Shown: piece after piece, positions 29,956 to 41,013 of the stretch
Numbering within the stretch: position 1 is the stretch's first letter
How the letters are laid out: each line of letters begins with the position of its first letter
NCBI GenBank assembly: GCA_965206645.1
Contig: CBDBKE010000004.1
Location: 2,080,001 to 2,144,000, forward strand
Direction: 5' to 3'
Length of the DNA stretch: 64,000 nucleotides
DNA from: Terriglobia bacterium
Lineage (GTDB): Bacteria > Acidobacteriota > Terriglobia > JAJPHL01 > JAPKYU01
Position numbers and translations under genes: made by a program
The notes under the pieces: generated by a model
Seen by the model: the letters and a program-made list of their open reading frames with translations, nothing else
Database searches by the model: none
What the model was told of the DNA's origin: nothing

Positions 29956-32900
29956 TTAGAAGTTGATCTTCAATGCCATCTGCCCATTTCGAGGCGAGTT
30001 CCCCAGGCCGCCAACCAGGCCAAAGGCAGCAGAGGTGACATCAGCATTAGAACCACCGAACCGCGTGCGGTTGAGGACGTTGTAAAACTCCATCCGCCAT
30101 TCGATGTTGATGGTTTCGGTGATAAACGTCCGCTTCATCAAGCTGAAGTTCTCGTTGTAGAAGGGGAATTGCCGGGCATTCCCAAAGCCACCAGGCGCGT
30201 TTCCGATGGTAAACGGGTCGGGAACCGTAAAAGCAGATTTGTCGTAGTAGCGGTCGCCGTTACCGGGGTCGAAACCGCTGGTGACTCCTAGCGGACTCGC
30301 TCCCGAAACCACGTTGGGAACGCTGCGGCGAGTAAACAAGCCCACGAGGTTGGGGGTAACAAACGCACTCGGATTTCCCGACTGGTAGTGGACAACCGTG
30401 TTGATTGACCAGCCGCTCAGCACCTTGGCCGTAACGCCGGTGGTGCCGCCGCCTACCAGCTTTCCGGGACCGAACGGCAATTCATACATCAACGCCGTGA
30501 CAAATCGGTGCGGAATGTCGGCAGGCGAAAGCGACTTTTCCAGTTGGCGGTTAAAGAAGTCGCGCGAATTGTGCCCAAAGAAGCCGCCCCAATTCGAATC
30601 CGAGTCGGTAATCATCTTGGACCAGGTGAACGAACTCAGCAGGTAAAAGCCCTGCGTGAGCCGTTTCTCGAGCTTCAATTGGAATGAGTGGTAGGTTGAG
30701 TTTCCGATGGGGACCGCGTCAAGTGTGCCCCCCCCGACTCCCGAATCAACGGTCCCGACATCGCTGAACTGCGGGAAAGGCCGCAAGGACTGGGCCAGGG
30801 AGCCCTCGAAGCTTGGGTAGGGACGCCCGAAACCAGCGGCCGCAACCAAAGGGTCGTCAATGTTGCGTTGGAGCAGGGTCCCCAGCGAGAGGAAGCTGGG
30901 ATTGACCTGGTTCTGATTAAATATTCCGCTCATCAGCCGCGTTCCCTTACTGCCCACATAGCCGGCGTCGATGAGCCAGCTGCCGGGCAACTGATGCTGA
31001 ATATTGAAGCTCCATTCCTGCCTGTAAGGTATCGTGGTGGACTCGTGGAAATTGTTGGCTTGGCTGCCATTGGCGAACGCAGGATCGATAAGCGGAGGCC
31101 GTAGATAGGTTGGAAATCCCACGGCATCCCAGTTGAAAGCAGGCGTGAGGCCGTCATCGGGCGATCTGGGAGTGGGAAGGGCCTGAAAGCCTAACGCCGA
31201 GCGCCGCATGTTTCCGCCCAGTTGATAGGTACTCCCAAAGAAGTGAATGCCGTATCCGATCCGAAGCACCGTGTTCGGCGCAAACCTATAGGCCAGACCG
31301 AGGCGCGGAGAAAAGTTTGTCTTCTCGGTCCCTACATTGCCGAGCAATTGACTGGTGCCGGTGCGGCCCGGGCCTTGCCCAGCAAAGATCAGCGCGCCAG
31401 GCCGTCCGCCGGCGCCGGGATTGGCCAGGTTCAGATCCAGGGTGGACCAGCTATCACCGGCCTCCCCCATGGGAGTGAACATATCCCACCTCAAACCCAG
31501 GTTCATAGTGAACTTCGGAGTGATCTTCAAGTCATCCTGGAAGTAGAATCCCAGCCAGGTGGACCGAGCCCGCGATGTATCGCCCACAAAGGACGGGTCA
31601 AACATTGTGGCGTTGTCCACCGCGCCTAACAAGTAGCTCCCAAACGCGTAGCCCGTTGAGCCCAACCCAGGAAACCCAGTCTCGGTGTTCTCGAACACGT
31701 AGGTGGGGTTGGATGGTTTTGAAAACTGGTCCGCTCGCACATAGCGAACGTCTATACCGAACTTCATGTTGTGCTTGCCACGAATCGCAGACAAAGTGTT
31801 CTGAAACATGAAGGTGTCTGCAATGAAGTCAGTGAAGGTACCGAAGTCGCCCCCTGCAGCGCTAACGTTGACATAGGGAGCCATTTGGATCACGGGAAAC
31901 GCGCCGTCAAGGATGCCTGCGAAGGGCGCCTGCCCCTGCGGACCCCGGGTCCCGAGGCCCAGAATGTCAGCCCACCCGTCTCCATGGCCCGTGATAAAGA
32001 ACCCGTCAAACCCGTCATTGTAGCCGGCCTGCAGGTGATTGGTCACCGTCGGCGAGATGATATAGTCCCAAGCGTACCGGTGGTTGGTCTGGTTGGAATC
32101 GTTAGTTACCGTGGCGCCGTGCGGGAAGGGTAGGGCCCGTTGGCTTGACTGGGGGGTGGGTTTCCGTTGATACGAAGCAAAGACGCTGTGGCTGTCGTTA
32201 ATCCGATGATCCAATCTCAGGATAAGTTTATAAAACGACCGTTGCGGGTTGTTTTGCTCCAGGAAATTGTTGAAATCGCCCGGACGGTTAGGAGTTGCCA
32301 GAAAACCATTGATGTTCCTCGATACGGCACTGATCCGGTCGGCCGGGATTATGTTTCCCGGGAACGGGTCGCGCGTGAACCCACCTTGCCCGTCGTCCCG
32401 GGTAGTTGCCGGGTCGAAGACCTGGTTCGCAAAGTAGGGAGTCCCCGCGATCGGATCACCCAGTATCGAAGAAAGATCGCCGCTTTTGATGGCGGCAGTC
32501 GGAATCGAAACCGTACTGGTTCCTCCGGCATCCCTTTGTTTCAAGAAGTTCAGATTGACGAAGCCGAAGGTCCTGTCCTTTATGATAGGGCCCCCCAGAC
32601 TAAATCCAAACTCGTGCCAGCGGCGTACCGGGGGTTCTGGTGAGAAGTGACCGCTCGCCTCAAAGTAGTCGTTGCGCCAGAATTCATACAGGTTCCCGTG
32701 AATCTCATTGGTTCCGCCGCGTGTGATAAAACGTACGGTGCCAGAGGCGGAGAAGGTCTCCACTGAGGCGGTGGACGAAGAGACCGAAGCTTCCTGAACC
32801 GATTCCGGCGTGGAGACCAATTCTAGGGTGGTTTGCATGACCCCGGGCCCGGTGTGCAAACTCATGCCGTCCAGGTGCATTTCCAATCCCATGGCCTGGC

Positions 32901-33483
32901 CACCATTGATTCTTTGGGAGAATGTCGATGAAACGTTGCTGGTGTTCCCGGAGGCTCCATCGGGACGAGCTCTGCCGCCCGAAGTGGTGCCCGGCGTCAG
33001 GAAAATGACAGAAAGCGGCGCCCGGCCCTGGGATCCTAGCTGAATCGGGAGATCGGTCATAATTATGGGAGGAAGGGTGGTCCCGACCTCGGTGGTTTCG
33101 GTTTTCAGGAGTGGCGCCTCCGCCGTCACCTCCACGCTTTCGGCCACCGCGCCAAGTTCCAGCGTGAAGTTTAGGCCCACCACAGCAGCCACATCCACTC
33201 GGACGTCTTGAATGGCGCGCTTGAAGCCGGCCAGCGCCACCGCTACCCGGTAGCTTCCCGCCCCCAGGTTAGGAGCGTTGTACAGGCCGGAGCTGGTGCT
33301 CGAGGTTGTGAATGCGACGCCTGTGGCAATGTTGGTGACTGTGACTGCGGCTCCGGGGACTGCCGCTCCGGTGGGATCCAGAACCGTTCCCCGAATCACT
33401 CCGCTCAAACCAGTCTGCGCTACCGAGTTCAGCGCGAATGCCAACACGAAAACCAAAACACTGATGGCGAGTTTCTTCGTCAT
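29956..33483 (-). CDS. TonB-dependent receptor (carboxypeptidase-regulatory-like N-terminus plus Oar-like barrel)
   Basis: GTVLDPTGAAVPGA, GGTNEIHG.LYE..RN, YFQDD.K.TPK.T.NLGLRWD, C-terminal PRNGQMALKINF. Confidence 0.92.
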   Translation of the reverse strand: MTKKLAISVLVFVLAFALNSVAQTGLSGVIRGTVLDPTGAAVPGAAVTVTNIATGVAFTTSSTSSGLYNAPNLGAGSYRVAVALAGFKRAIQDVRVDVAAVVGLNFTLELGAVAESVEVTAEAPLLKTETTEVGTTLPPIIMTDLPIQLGSQGRAPLSVIFLTPGTTSGGRARPDGASGNTSNVSSTFSQRINGGQAMGLEMHLDGMSLHTGPGVMQTTLELVSTPESVQEASVSSSTASVETFSASGTVRFITRGGTNEIHGNLYEFWRNDYFEASGHFSPEPPVRRWHEFGFSLGGPIIKDRTFGFVNLNFLKQRDAGGTSTVSIPTAAIKSGDLSSILGDPIAGTPYFANQVFDPATTRDDGQGGFTRDPFPGNIIPADRISAVSRNINGFLATPNRPGDFNNFLEQNNPQRSFYKLILRLDHRINDSHSVFASYQRKPTPQSSQRALPFPHGATVTNDSNQTNHRYAWDYIISPTVTNHLQAGYNDGFDGFFITGHGDGWADILGLGTRGPQGQAPFAGILDGAFPVIQMAPYVNVSAAGGDFGTFTDFIADTFMFQNTLSAIRGKHNMKFGIDVRYVRADQFSKPSNPTYVFENTETGFPGLGSTGYAFGSYLLGAVDNATMFDPSFVGDTSRARSTWLGFYFQDDLKITPKFTMNLGLRWDMFTPMGEAGDSWSTLDLNLANPGAGGRPGALIFAGQGPGRTGTSQLLGNVGTEKTNFSPRLGLAYRFAPNTVLRIGYGIHFFGSTYQLGGNMRRSALGFQALPTPRSPDDGLTPAFNWDAVGFPTYLRPPLIDPAFANGSQANNFHESTTIPYRQEWSFNIQHQLPGSWLIDAGYVGSKGTRLMSGIFNQNQVNPSFLSLGTLLQRNIDDPLVAAAGFGRPYPSFEGSLAQSLRPFPQFSDVGTVDSGVGGGTLDAVPIGNSTYHSFQLKLEKRLTQGFYLLSSFTWSKMITDSDSNWGGFFGHNSRDFFNRQLEKSLSPADIPHRFVTALMYELPFGPGKLVGGGTTGVTAKVLSGWSINTVVHYQSGNPSAFVTPNLVGLFTRRSVPNVVSGASPLGVTSGFDPGNGDRYYDKSAFTVPDPFTIGNAPGGFGNARQFPFYNENFSLMKRTFITETINIEWRMEFYNVLNRTRFGGSNADVTSAAFGLVGGLGNSPRNGQMALKINF

Positions 33484-33821
33484 GACCTTCTTCCCATCCT
33501 CTTTGGCGTTAAGTTCAAGTATTGCTATACCACCCGACCGCGCACATATGGTAGGGGAGGCATGTTTTCTCTGTCAAGTGTTTTTTGCTGAATGTTCTTA
33601 AGCCTTCAGTACCACCGTCTGGCAATGCCCTCCTGGTGCCCCCCCCCACACACACACATGCAAGGTGTTCATTTTCAGTAGCTTGGCTTTCTAGATGCCA
33701 TCGCCTTGTCCAGGCGCAAGGTGCAAGTGCTTCAAGAACAACCGGTTAATCGGTACCCGGCTGTGGAGGGGCAGATTCTGTGCGCTCCGGCTCGCGGATT
33801 GCCAGCAAACGCTTGTAGAGC

Positions 33822-33914
33822 GCTCTGGGGCCGGAGCATCCCGACCTGGCCACGAGCCTCAATAACCTGGCGGAGCATTACCACATCCAAGGCAACTACG
33901 CGGCAGCCGAACCG
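33822..33914 (+). pseudogene. Single TPR (kinesin-light-chain type) scrap
   Basis: ALGPEHPDLATSLNNLAEHYHIQGNYAAAEP. Confidence 0.7.
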
Positions 33915-34042
33915 GAGACGTTCCTAAACCTTTGGCGACAAGAGAGGACCGATCTACCAACGCCCGCGTCATCGGCCGTATGCGGGCTTTTTGCGCGTCG
34001 GCTGCATTCGATTGTTATCTTTCGACAACAGCCACTAAACTC

Positions 34043-34588
34043 CTAATTTAATATTTCTCGAGGAAAGTGCGGATGCAAAGCCTCATATAACCTTGCACTT
34101 CGAATCCTGAGAAGTTCCGGATGTCGAACGCCTGAATCATCCATAGCAGAGCATCCTATGTAGAACATGGATCTGCCGGTCAATGAAATTACAAATCGGT
34201 CCGCGGTGCCGTGGCAAACCTGTGGAAGCTCAAACTCGAACGACACCATTGTTACGGCTAAATTATGTTGATTAATAACTTTGAATTCGTGTTCTTCCAA
34301 AATGGCTGCCGCTGGTTTGAGGATATGAAGAATCTCCGAGGAATCCGTATGGAATTGCTGAACACTCACAACCCGCGCTGGCGCTTTCTTATGCGTTGAG
34401 GCGTTAATCTTCAGCGTAGCTATGGAACCTCGTTCGAGAGATTCCTGTACGTTCTTTCCCCACACCGAAATTCTGTCGATCCGAGCATCGATATCCTGGG
34501 ACCAGGCAATGGGACACAAACCGGGAAAGACAACCAAGAGCATTGCAAAGGCGACGAATGACGTTCTTCCAAGCAGACCAGCCATGTT
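34043..34588 (-). CDS. Hypothetical secreted protein, lower GC than surroundings
   Basis: ORF with an N-terminal hydrophobic segment; no recognisable family. Confidence 0.45.
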   Translation of the reverse strand, partial: NMAGLLGRTSFVAFAMLLVVFPGLCPIAWSQDIDARIDRISVWGKNVQESLERGSIATLKINASTHKKAPARVVSVQQFHTDSSEILHILKPAAAILEEHEFKVINQHNLAVTMVSFEFELPQVCHGTADRFVISLTGRSMFYIGCSAMDDSGVRHPELLRIRSARLYEALHPHFPREILN

Positions 34589-34780
34589 GTTAAACCTCCT
34601 GTTCGTGGTCACCATTTTCCACGGTTAAATGATCGGGTGTAACTTGGTGGGTACGCAGCTCCCGGAGCCGACCCGTACCGCATTCTAGCAGAACCTGACG
34701 CGATCCAAGAGGACCAGGACTAAGAGGGTGGGCTTCGGCGTGTACGCTCTGAAACGAAAGAATTCGCTTCGCATTTGACA

Positions 34781-34815
34781 GATAAGTCCCCACTAGTCGG
34801 TTAGCGTTTACTTAT
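34781..34815 (+). repeat. Twin-site element, copy F (first subsite only)
   Basis: ATAAGTCCCCACTAGTCGGTTAGCGTTTACTTAT. Confidence 0.7.
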
Positions 34816-35133
34816 CCTTAATCAGGCAGGAACCCCAATCAGGCAGGAACCCCCGAAAACTGCAGGTGTCAGGACCTGCCGCCTGCTCCTCCTCGAGGGA
34901 AGCGGCGGCAGCCACTGCCTGTCGCTCGCTCCTTCTGGTGCACAGAAAGTAAAAGGGCCGCTTCGTCGAGAAACGAGGCGCGCGGAAAGCAACCAACGTT
35001 CATCTTGGTGGACAAACTGGTGCACAAAACTGCGCCGAATGCGGGATTTCTTTCCCGAATAGCGGTAGGCTTTCCCGAACTACGTTGCTGAATCCAAACA
35101 GGAGAACAGGGGCGAGTATGGTTTATGCATGCA

Positions 35134-35178
35134 CTCCGGAACCAAAGGCCGCAGGTTCGAATCCTGCCGGGCGTACCA
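35134..35178 (+). mobile_element. att site: 3' half of tRNA-Arg(CCG)
   Basis: CTCCGGAACCAAAGGCCGCAGGTTCGAATCCTGCCGGGCGTACCA; 5' half absent; repeats TGGTG(G/C)ACAAA at 35006-35028. Confidence 0.8.
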
Positions 35179-35653
35179 TTTAACCCCCCTAAACGCCATT
35201 CACTTAGGCGTTAACCGCCGAGCTACTCAAGCTCCTGGGACACACGCGGCCAGACAAGATCGAGCTGGGAAAGGGATTGAGATCCTCGATGTCTTCTGGC
35301 TCCAGAGTCACAGCCGCGACGTCGGCGAGACGCGGGGGATCGCTAAACCTTCCGATAGAAAGTACTGCCCTCCCATTCCCCATGCCGCAGAAAGACATTC
35401 GTAGTGAGAAGCGCTGCACAGTATGGCTTAGTTCGGTTACAGTGTGTGCCGGATATGCGCCCCTGCTCAACCTCTCCATAGGCGAAAGCGGTTCTTGCCC
35501 ACTCGGGTAAGCCGGGGCTTGCGAGATTTGCGAATGTGTATGTCGAACTTCTTAGTTGATTCTTGGGTATTTTGCTATCGGGCTAGTCCTCCTGGCAGCG
35601 GTGGTGCTGGCCCAGTCGATTAGAGCTCCCAAGCCGAAACAACAAAACGAAGA

Positions 35654-37402
35654 GTGACGGTGACATCCTCAAGCAATAATAAAGTCGAACCACCGACCAG
35701 CCAACCGCCCGGTCTGTTCGAGCGCCTCGACAAGTTGAATGAGTTCGACCGGGAGCCCGTCACTCCGGACCGGCTCGAAAGCCGGCGGCATTTCGCGGCC
35801 GTTTTTGCGGGCGAACACGTCGCCGGTACGGAGTTCGTGATCGGCGCCCTCTTCGTCTCCTGGGGCGTTGGAACCCGGGATCTTGTTCTCGGTTTGTTGA
35901 TCGGCAATCTCCTGGCCGTTCTCGCCTGGACGTTCATCTGCGCCCCCATCGCCGTGCAGACACGGCTCACGCTCTATTGGTATTTGCGGCGCATCGCCGG
36001 GCCGGTGGTGACCACGATCTACAACGTAGTGAACGCCATTCTGTTCTGCGCGCTGGCGGGAGCCATGATCACGGTATCGGCCTCGGCCGTGCGCATCCCC
36101 TTCGGCATTCCGCCGCAAACCCAGTGGTACCCGACTGATCTTCGCTTCGTGTTGGTTGCCATGGCCGTCGGCGCGGTGGTGGTCACGATCGCGATCCTGG
36201 GTTTCAGACGGCTGGCCCAGTTTTCGACGATCTGCGTGCCCTGGATCTTCGTGGTATTTTTTGCCGGTGCCTTGGCCGTGCTGCCGCAATTGACGGCGGG
36301 CACCCCCGAGGTCGGTTCCATCGAAGGTCTCGATGACCTGCGGCGCCTTGCCGACGCGAGCATCTGGGTCGGCCGCGAGGACTCTGATTTCACCCTTTGG
36401 CATGTCGCCGCGTTTGCCTTGCTGGCCAACCTGGCGTTCCACGTGGGACTGTCAGATATGGCCCTGCTGCGCTACGCACCGCGAGCCAGCTACGGCTTGT
36501 TTTCCGCCTGCGGAATGTATATGGGCCACTTCTTGGTGTGGATGGCCTCGGGGGTGATGGGCGCCGGGACGGCGTTGATGCTCAAAACTCCTCTCAGCAG
36601 CCTGGACTCGGGGGAGATAGCGCATCAAGCGTTAGGTCTGGGCGGCGCACTGTGTGTGATCGTCTCCGGTTGGGCGACGTCGAACCCGACTCTGTATCGC
36701 GCCGGGCTTGCCTTGCAAGTGGTCACACCGGGGTGGCCCAGATGGCTGGTCACCTTGCTGGCCGGGATAGCGACGGTCACGCTTGCTTGTTTTCCCTACA
36801 TCTTTCGATACTTGCTCGAGTACGTTGGCACCTTCGCCATTCTCATGGCGCCGATCGCAGCGGTCGTATTCGTTGAGCATTGGGTTTTCCCGCGGATCGG
36901 CTTTCGCCGCTACTGGTTCGGCCAGTCGAAGAAGGTTGTCAACTGGGCGGCGCTGGCTGCCTGGGTAATCGCCGTCGTTTTCTGCTTTGCAGCTTGGAGA
37001 TGGGATCTGATGCATGTGGTGTTCATCGCCATCCCAGGCTGGGGGCTCGCTGCGATCTTGTACACGGCGTTTGCGGCCGTTGCTGGTGCGCGCGGGGAGA
37101 CCTTAGGAGAACTCCACCCATCTGAATCGGTAAGCGCTCCCATACCGGTGGCCGCCGCATCTCCCGCCCACGATCGAGCTGTCAAGTCAGCACGCTCCGC
37201 TTTGCAGATGGTGTCGGGAGTGATCGCCGCCTTGTCATTAGCGGCATGCTTTGCGCTCGCGCTCTGGGTTGGCCTGGCGGGTGAGGAGGAATATCAGCGG
37301 AACCTGGCAACTTTCAAAACATACCTGGCTGTGGCCAGCGTTGTACACCTGACTGCGGCTGCGATTTGGGTCTTGCGCTCCGAACAGTCGGGAGGAAATT
37401 AG
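35654..37402 (+). CDS. NCS1 / purine-cytosine permease family transporter
   Basis: FAGEHVAGTEFVIG, RLTLYWYL, GWATSNPTLYRAG; many TM helices. Confidence 0.85.
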   Translation: MTVTSSSNNKVEPPTSQPPGLFERLDKLNEFDREPVTPDRLESRRHFAAVFAGEHVAGTEFVIGALFVSWGVGTRDLVLGLLIGNLLAVLAWTFICAPIAVQTRLTLYWYLRRIAGPVVTTIYNVVNAILFCALAGAMITVSASAVRIPFGIPPQTQWYPTDLRFVLVAMAVGAVVVTIAILGFRRLAQFSTICVPWIFVVFFAGALAVLPQLTAGTPEVGSIEGLDDLRRLADASIWVGREDSDFTLWHVAAFALLANLAFHVGLSDMALLRYAPRASYGLFSACGMYMGHFLVWMASGVMGAGTALMLKTPLSSLDSGEIAHQALGLGGALCVIVSGWATSNPTLYRAGLALQVVTPGWPRWLVTLLAGIATVTLACFPYIFRYLLEYVGTFAILMAPIAAVVFVEHWVFPRIGFRRYWFGQSKKVVNWAALAAWVIAVVFCFAAWRWDLMHVVFIAIPGWGLAAILYTAFAAVAGARGETLGELHPSESVSAPIPVAAASPAHDRAVKSARSALQMVSGVIAALSLAACFALALWVGLAGEEEYQRNLATFKTYLAVASVVHLTAAAIWVLRSEQSGGN

Positions 37403-37410
37403 CGAATGCC

Positions 37411-38205
37411 ATGGCCAACTCACGATTAACGAACCAGGTAGCGTGGATCAGCGGCGGCGCGTCGGGGATGGGTGAAGCTACGGCGCGACTGTTTGCCAGC
37501 GAGGGAGCGCGCGTGGCCATTGCTGACGTCAATCTGAAAGGCGCCCGGGAGGTGGCCGGCCGGATCGACTCTGGCGGTGAAAACCGGGCCGTTGCGATCG
37601 AGTGTGATGTGTCCCGTCAGGACGACGTGAGGCGTTCCATCGAGCAGACCGTTGACCTCTTCAACGGGCTGCACATCCTCGTCAATAACGCGGCGGTTGG
37701 CCAGTTCACGCCGCTCCACAAGTGTGAAGAAAACGAGTGGGACCGCGTCATGGCAGTGAACTTAAAGGCGGCCTACTTCTCCTTCAAGTTCTCCTATCCT
37801 CATTTGTGCAAGCTCGACCGCAGCTACGTCGTGAACGTCGCCTCCGTTAGCAGCTTTGTCGCGCAAGCCGGTACGCCTGTTTACACGGTTTCAAAGCACG
37901 CGCTGCTAGGGCTCACGCGGACCATCGCTCTCGACTACGCCGCGGACGGAATCCGCTGCAACTGCGTTTGCCCTGGTATTACCGATACCCCGGGGCTGCG
38001 CAAGCACCTGGAACAATACCCGGACGCCGACAAGAAGCTGGCCGAGCGACTCCGCCGCGTCCCCTCGGGAGAAATCATGACGCCCGATCAGATCGCCCGC
38101 GCGATCCTCTATTTCTCGTGTGAAGATTCAGCCGGCATTACCGCCACTTCGCTGGTCGCCGACGGCGGTTATTTGGCCGCCGCCGAGTGGGGCAGTGGAC
38201 AGTAA
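37411..38205 (+). CDS. SDR family oxidoreductase
   Basis: GGASGMG, LVNNA, NVAS, YTVSK, PG.TDTP. Confidence 0.92.
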   Translation: MANSRLTNQVAWISGGASGMGEATARLFASEGARVAIADVNLKGAREVAGRIDSGGENRAVAIECDVSRQDDVRRSIEQTVDLFNGLHILVNNAAVGQFTPLHKCEENEWDRVMAVNLKAAYFSFKFSYPHLCKLDRSYVVNVASVSSFVAQAGTPVYTVSKHALLGLTRTIALDYAADGIRCNCVCPGITDTPGLRKHLEQYPDADKKLAERLRRVPSGEIMTPDQIARAILYFSCEDSAGITATSLVADGGYLAAAEWGSGQ

Positions 38206-38267
38206 CGGAGCACAAAAAAGAAGACTCTCCTTAATCTTGCACTTTTTAATCATTCTCAGGGTTGCCC

Positions 38268-39095
38268 ATGAAGCTTAAGCTCTCCTGCGCCGATTGCACA
38301 TTCCCACTTGTAACCCACAAGCAGTCATTGGATCTGGTCTCCATGCTTGGATTCGAGGGAATCGATATTGGGCTGTTTGAGGGCCGGTCGCACCTTCAGC
38401 CTTCCCGGGAGTTCCGGTCACTGGCACGCTCGGCACGTACACTCGCCAGGAAAGTAGAGGATCGCGGACTGAAAGTGGCCGACGTGTTCCTGCAAACGGA
38501 CGTAGCGCCTGAGCGTTACACACTCAATCACCCGCAGCCCCGCCGGCGCGCAAAGGCGCGGGATTGGTTCCTTAGAACGCTGGAGTATGCCAATCGCTGC
38601 AACTCAAAGCATGTCACCTTCATTGCCGGAGTGCCGTTTAAGAATGAGTCCAGATCTGCATCTTACGGGCGCAGTGTGGACGAACTTCCGTGGTATCTCG
38701 AGCAGGCGCAAGCTCACAGCATCGTCGCTGGTGTCGAACCTGGAATTGGCTCGATCGCGGCACGTCCCTTGCAGGCGGAGGAGTTGGTCCGAGATGTTCC
38801 TGGGCTGACCTTAACGCTCGACTACACCCACTTCACACGGGCCGGGCTACCGGACAAGCAGGTGGAGCCTCTGCTCGCCCATGCCAGTCACTTCCACGTG
38901 CGTGGCGCATGTAAAGGAAGACTCCAAGTGAACTTCAACGACAACGTCATCGACTACCGGCGCGTGCTTAGACGGATGAAGGAAATCGGTTATTCCGGTT
39001 GGCTCTGCATCGAGTATGTACACACCGAATGGGAGCGGTGCACCGAAAGCGATAATCTTTCAGAAACCATCCTCTTCCGCGACTTCATCAAGTAA
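38268..39095 (+). CDS. Sugar phosphate isomerase/epimerase (AP2Ec TIM barrel)
   Basis: VEP, LTLDYTHF, HFHVR, IGYSGWLCIEY. Confidence 0.85.
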   Translation: MKLKLSCADCTFPLVTHKQSLDLVSMLGFEGIDIGLFEGRSHLQPSREFRSLARSARTLARKVEDRGLKVADVFLQTDVAPERYTLNHPQPRRRAKARDWFLRTLEYANRCNSKHVTFIAGVPFKNESRSASYGRSVDELPWYLEQAQAHSIVAGVEPGIGSIAARPLQAEELVRDVPGLTLTLDYTHFTRAGLPDKQVEPLLAHASHFHVRGACKGRLQVNFNDNVIDYRRVLRRMKEIGYSGWLCIEYVHTEWERCTESDNLSETILFRDFIK

Positions 39096-39239
39096 GCGAT
39101 GGGAGAAATGTCATGAGACGATCATCCGCGAAAATCCGACGGGGTCTGGCCTAGACGTTTCTGAGCTAGCGACCGGGCCGCACCTAATAGTCTTCCGACT
39201 CGCCGCGCTCTCCGGTTTAAACGTTTCATCGAAAAGCCC

Positions 39240-40136
39240 TCAACTGGCGAGTCCAACGGATCGCAAATGCTCGAGATTGGCACGAGCGTCATCACGCGGA
39301 AGTGTGGCTCCTGCCGGATCGCAATCCTGCTCGACCGTGCCCCAGCCTGAGAAGCCGGCATGGATCAGCGCGGCCTTGAACGCTGCGAAATCAACCTCGC
39401 CCTTGCCCAGTATGCAGAACAGGCCCTGACCGCAGGCGTCATAAAAGCCGATCTGCTTGGCCACGACATGCGCCCGAACCGCGGGGTCGATGTCCTTGAA
39501 ATGCAGATATTCAACACGCGCGCTGTGGCGTGTGTAGAATGCGATCGGATCAAATCCGGCGTAAATACAGTGGCCGGTGTCGAGACAGATTTTCAGAAGC
39601 GAAGCGTCGATCGCATCGAGCATCCGCTCCAACTCGTCCGCGAATTCGACAAACCCGGCGGCGTGGGCGTGTAGCGAAACGGTTAAGCCGAATTCTTCCG
39701 CGCCGATCTTGGCGGCGCTGCGCAGACGATCTTGGAAAGAACTCAGCTCTGCGCCCTTCATGCGCCTCGCTTCAGCAGACCGCCCTGCAGTCGGCGCGCG
39801 CTCGGCTGCAATCGAATCGATCAGCACCATTCGTGGCGCTCCATGAGCGGCGAGCGACTTGCCGGTGCGGCGCACGGCATTCTGCACTTGGTCCCATGCC
39901 GCAGGATCGTGGAACGGCCGGAACACGACGCCGCCTATCAGCGCCAACCCGCGCGATTTCAGGGCATCACCCAATTGCGCAGGATTCTCGGGCATGAAGC
40001 CGATCGGCCCGAGTTCGGTACCCTCGTAGCCTGCCTGCAGGGTTTCATCGAGCACCAGCTCCCACGGCGGATTGCGCGGATCGTCAGCGAATTCCACGCC
40101 CCAGGAGCATGGAGCATTCCCTATGCGAAGTTTCAT
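39240..40136 (-). CDS. Inosose dehydratase-like (IolE/MocC) TIM-barrel protein
   Basis: IGNAPCSWGVEF, GTELGP.GF, HAHA, CLDTGH, HFKD, VEQD. Confidence 0.85.
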   Translation of the reverse strand: MKLRIGNAPCSWGVEFADDPRNPPWELVLDETLQAGYEGTELGPIGFMPENPAQLGDALKSRGLALIGGVVFRPFHDPAAWDQVQNAVRRTGKSLAAHGAPRMVLIDSIAAERAPTAGRSAEARRMKGAELSSFQDRLRSAAKIGAEEFGLTVSLHAHAAGFVEFADELERMLDAIDASLLKICLDTGHCIYAGFDPIAFYTRHSARVEYLHFKDIDPAVRAHVVAKQIGFYDACGQGLFCILGKGEVDFAAFKAALIHAGFSGWGTVEQDCDPAGATLPRDDARANLEHLRSVGLAS

Positions 40137-40293
40137 TTTGGTCTCTCGTTATGATCCAGTCCTCTAACGAACGTAGGCAGTGACGCGGGAGGGGTTAACC
40201 CACCTCTAACATAATCTTCAAGTACATGTAATCATTAGGACCTTCGACGATCAGCGCCGGTGTAGAGGCGCATCGCCTTGGTATGCACTGGAG

Positions 40294-41013
40294 CTACTTC
40301 ACCTTTTGCCACACGAAGAACTTTTCGGTATCAGTCATTCCCAAGGGTGAGAAACCAGCATCAGCAAGCATTTCTGGAAACACTGTGTGTTTGTAGAATC
40401 CCAAGGTCAGCTTGTCTTCTGCAAGGAGTTTTCCGTTCCGCTTGAAGGAATAGTCCTTCTCGATGAAATAGTGGTCGGAGGTGCCGTTGCGACCCTCAAC
40501 TTTTTGGGAATAGACAATCCCATCGACCAAGTCGATGTCACGGTCTTCGTGGGGCTTCTGGACGCTTAACAACAGGAGCCCAGCGGCATCAAGATGCTCA
40601 GCAACGTTTTGCAATCCTTTGAAGTCCTTTTCACGGCTGAGCAGATGTGTTCCCAGCAGCAACTCTTTGTCCGACCGGATTATGACCCACGTACCGCCGC
40701 TCGATAAGGCAACATCAAATGTGCGGTCAAGGTTCATTTCGGCAACATCGCATTCTATGAGTGAAACTCGACTGGGTAGACGCTCCTTAGCAATCTCCAG
40801 CATCGAGGGACTGAAATCTACGCCGGTAAAATGGTAGGACGAATCGAGTTTACATAGCTCTCGTGCCAATAGCCCCGTCCCCACGCCAAGTTCAAGCATC
40901 CTTCTGCGTTCGCCGATCGTAGCTTGAACGACTCTGGCCAGCGATTCGTGATCATAGTAGCCGGCATCCATCAATAGATCGTAGTATCGGGCGATGCTTT
41001 TGTACTGATTCAT
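40294..41013 (-). CDS. Class I SAM-dependent methyltransferase
   Basis: MLELGVGTG, GVDFSPSMLEIA. Confidence 0.88.
   Translation of the reverse strand: MNQYKSIARYYDLLMDAGYYDHESLARVVQATIGERRRMLELGVGTGLLARELCKLDSSYHFTGVDFSPSMLEIAKERLPSRVSLIECDVAEMNLDRTFDVALSSGGTWVIIRSDKELLLGTHLLSREKDFKGLQNVAEHLDAAGLLLLSVQKPHEDRDIDLVDGIVYSQKVEGRNGTSDHYFIEKDYSFKRNGKLLAEDKLTLGFYKHTVFPEMLADAGFSPLGMTDTEKFFVWQKVK

Noticed and set aside
33639-33658. C-run plus (CA)n as a phase-variation switch for the TonB receptor
   Set aside because: The tract is short, ~155 bp from the start codon, and cannot be placed in a promoter from sequence alone.
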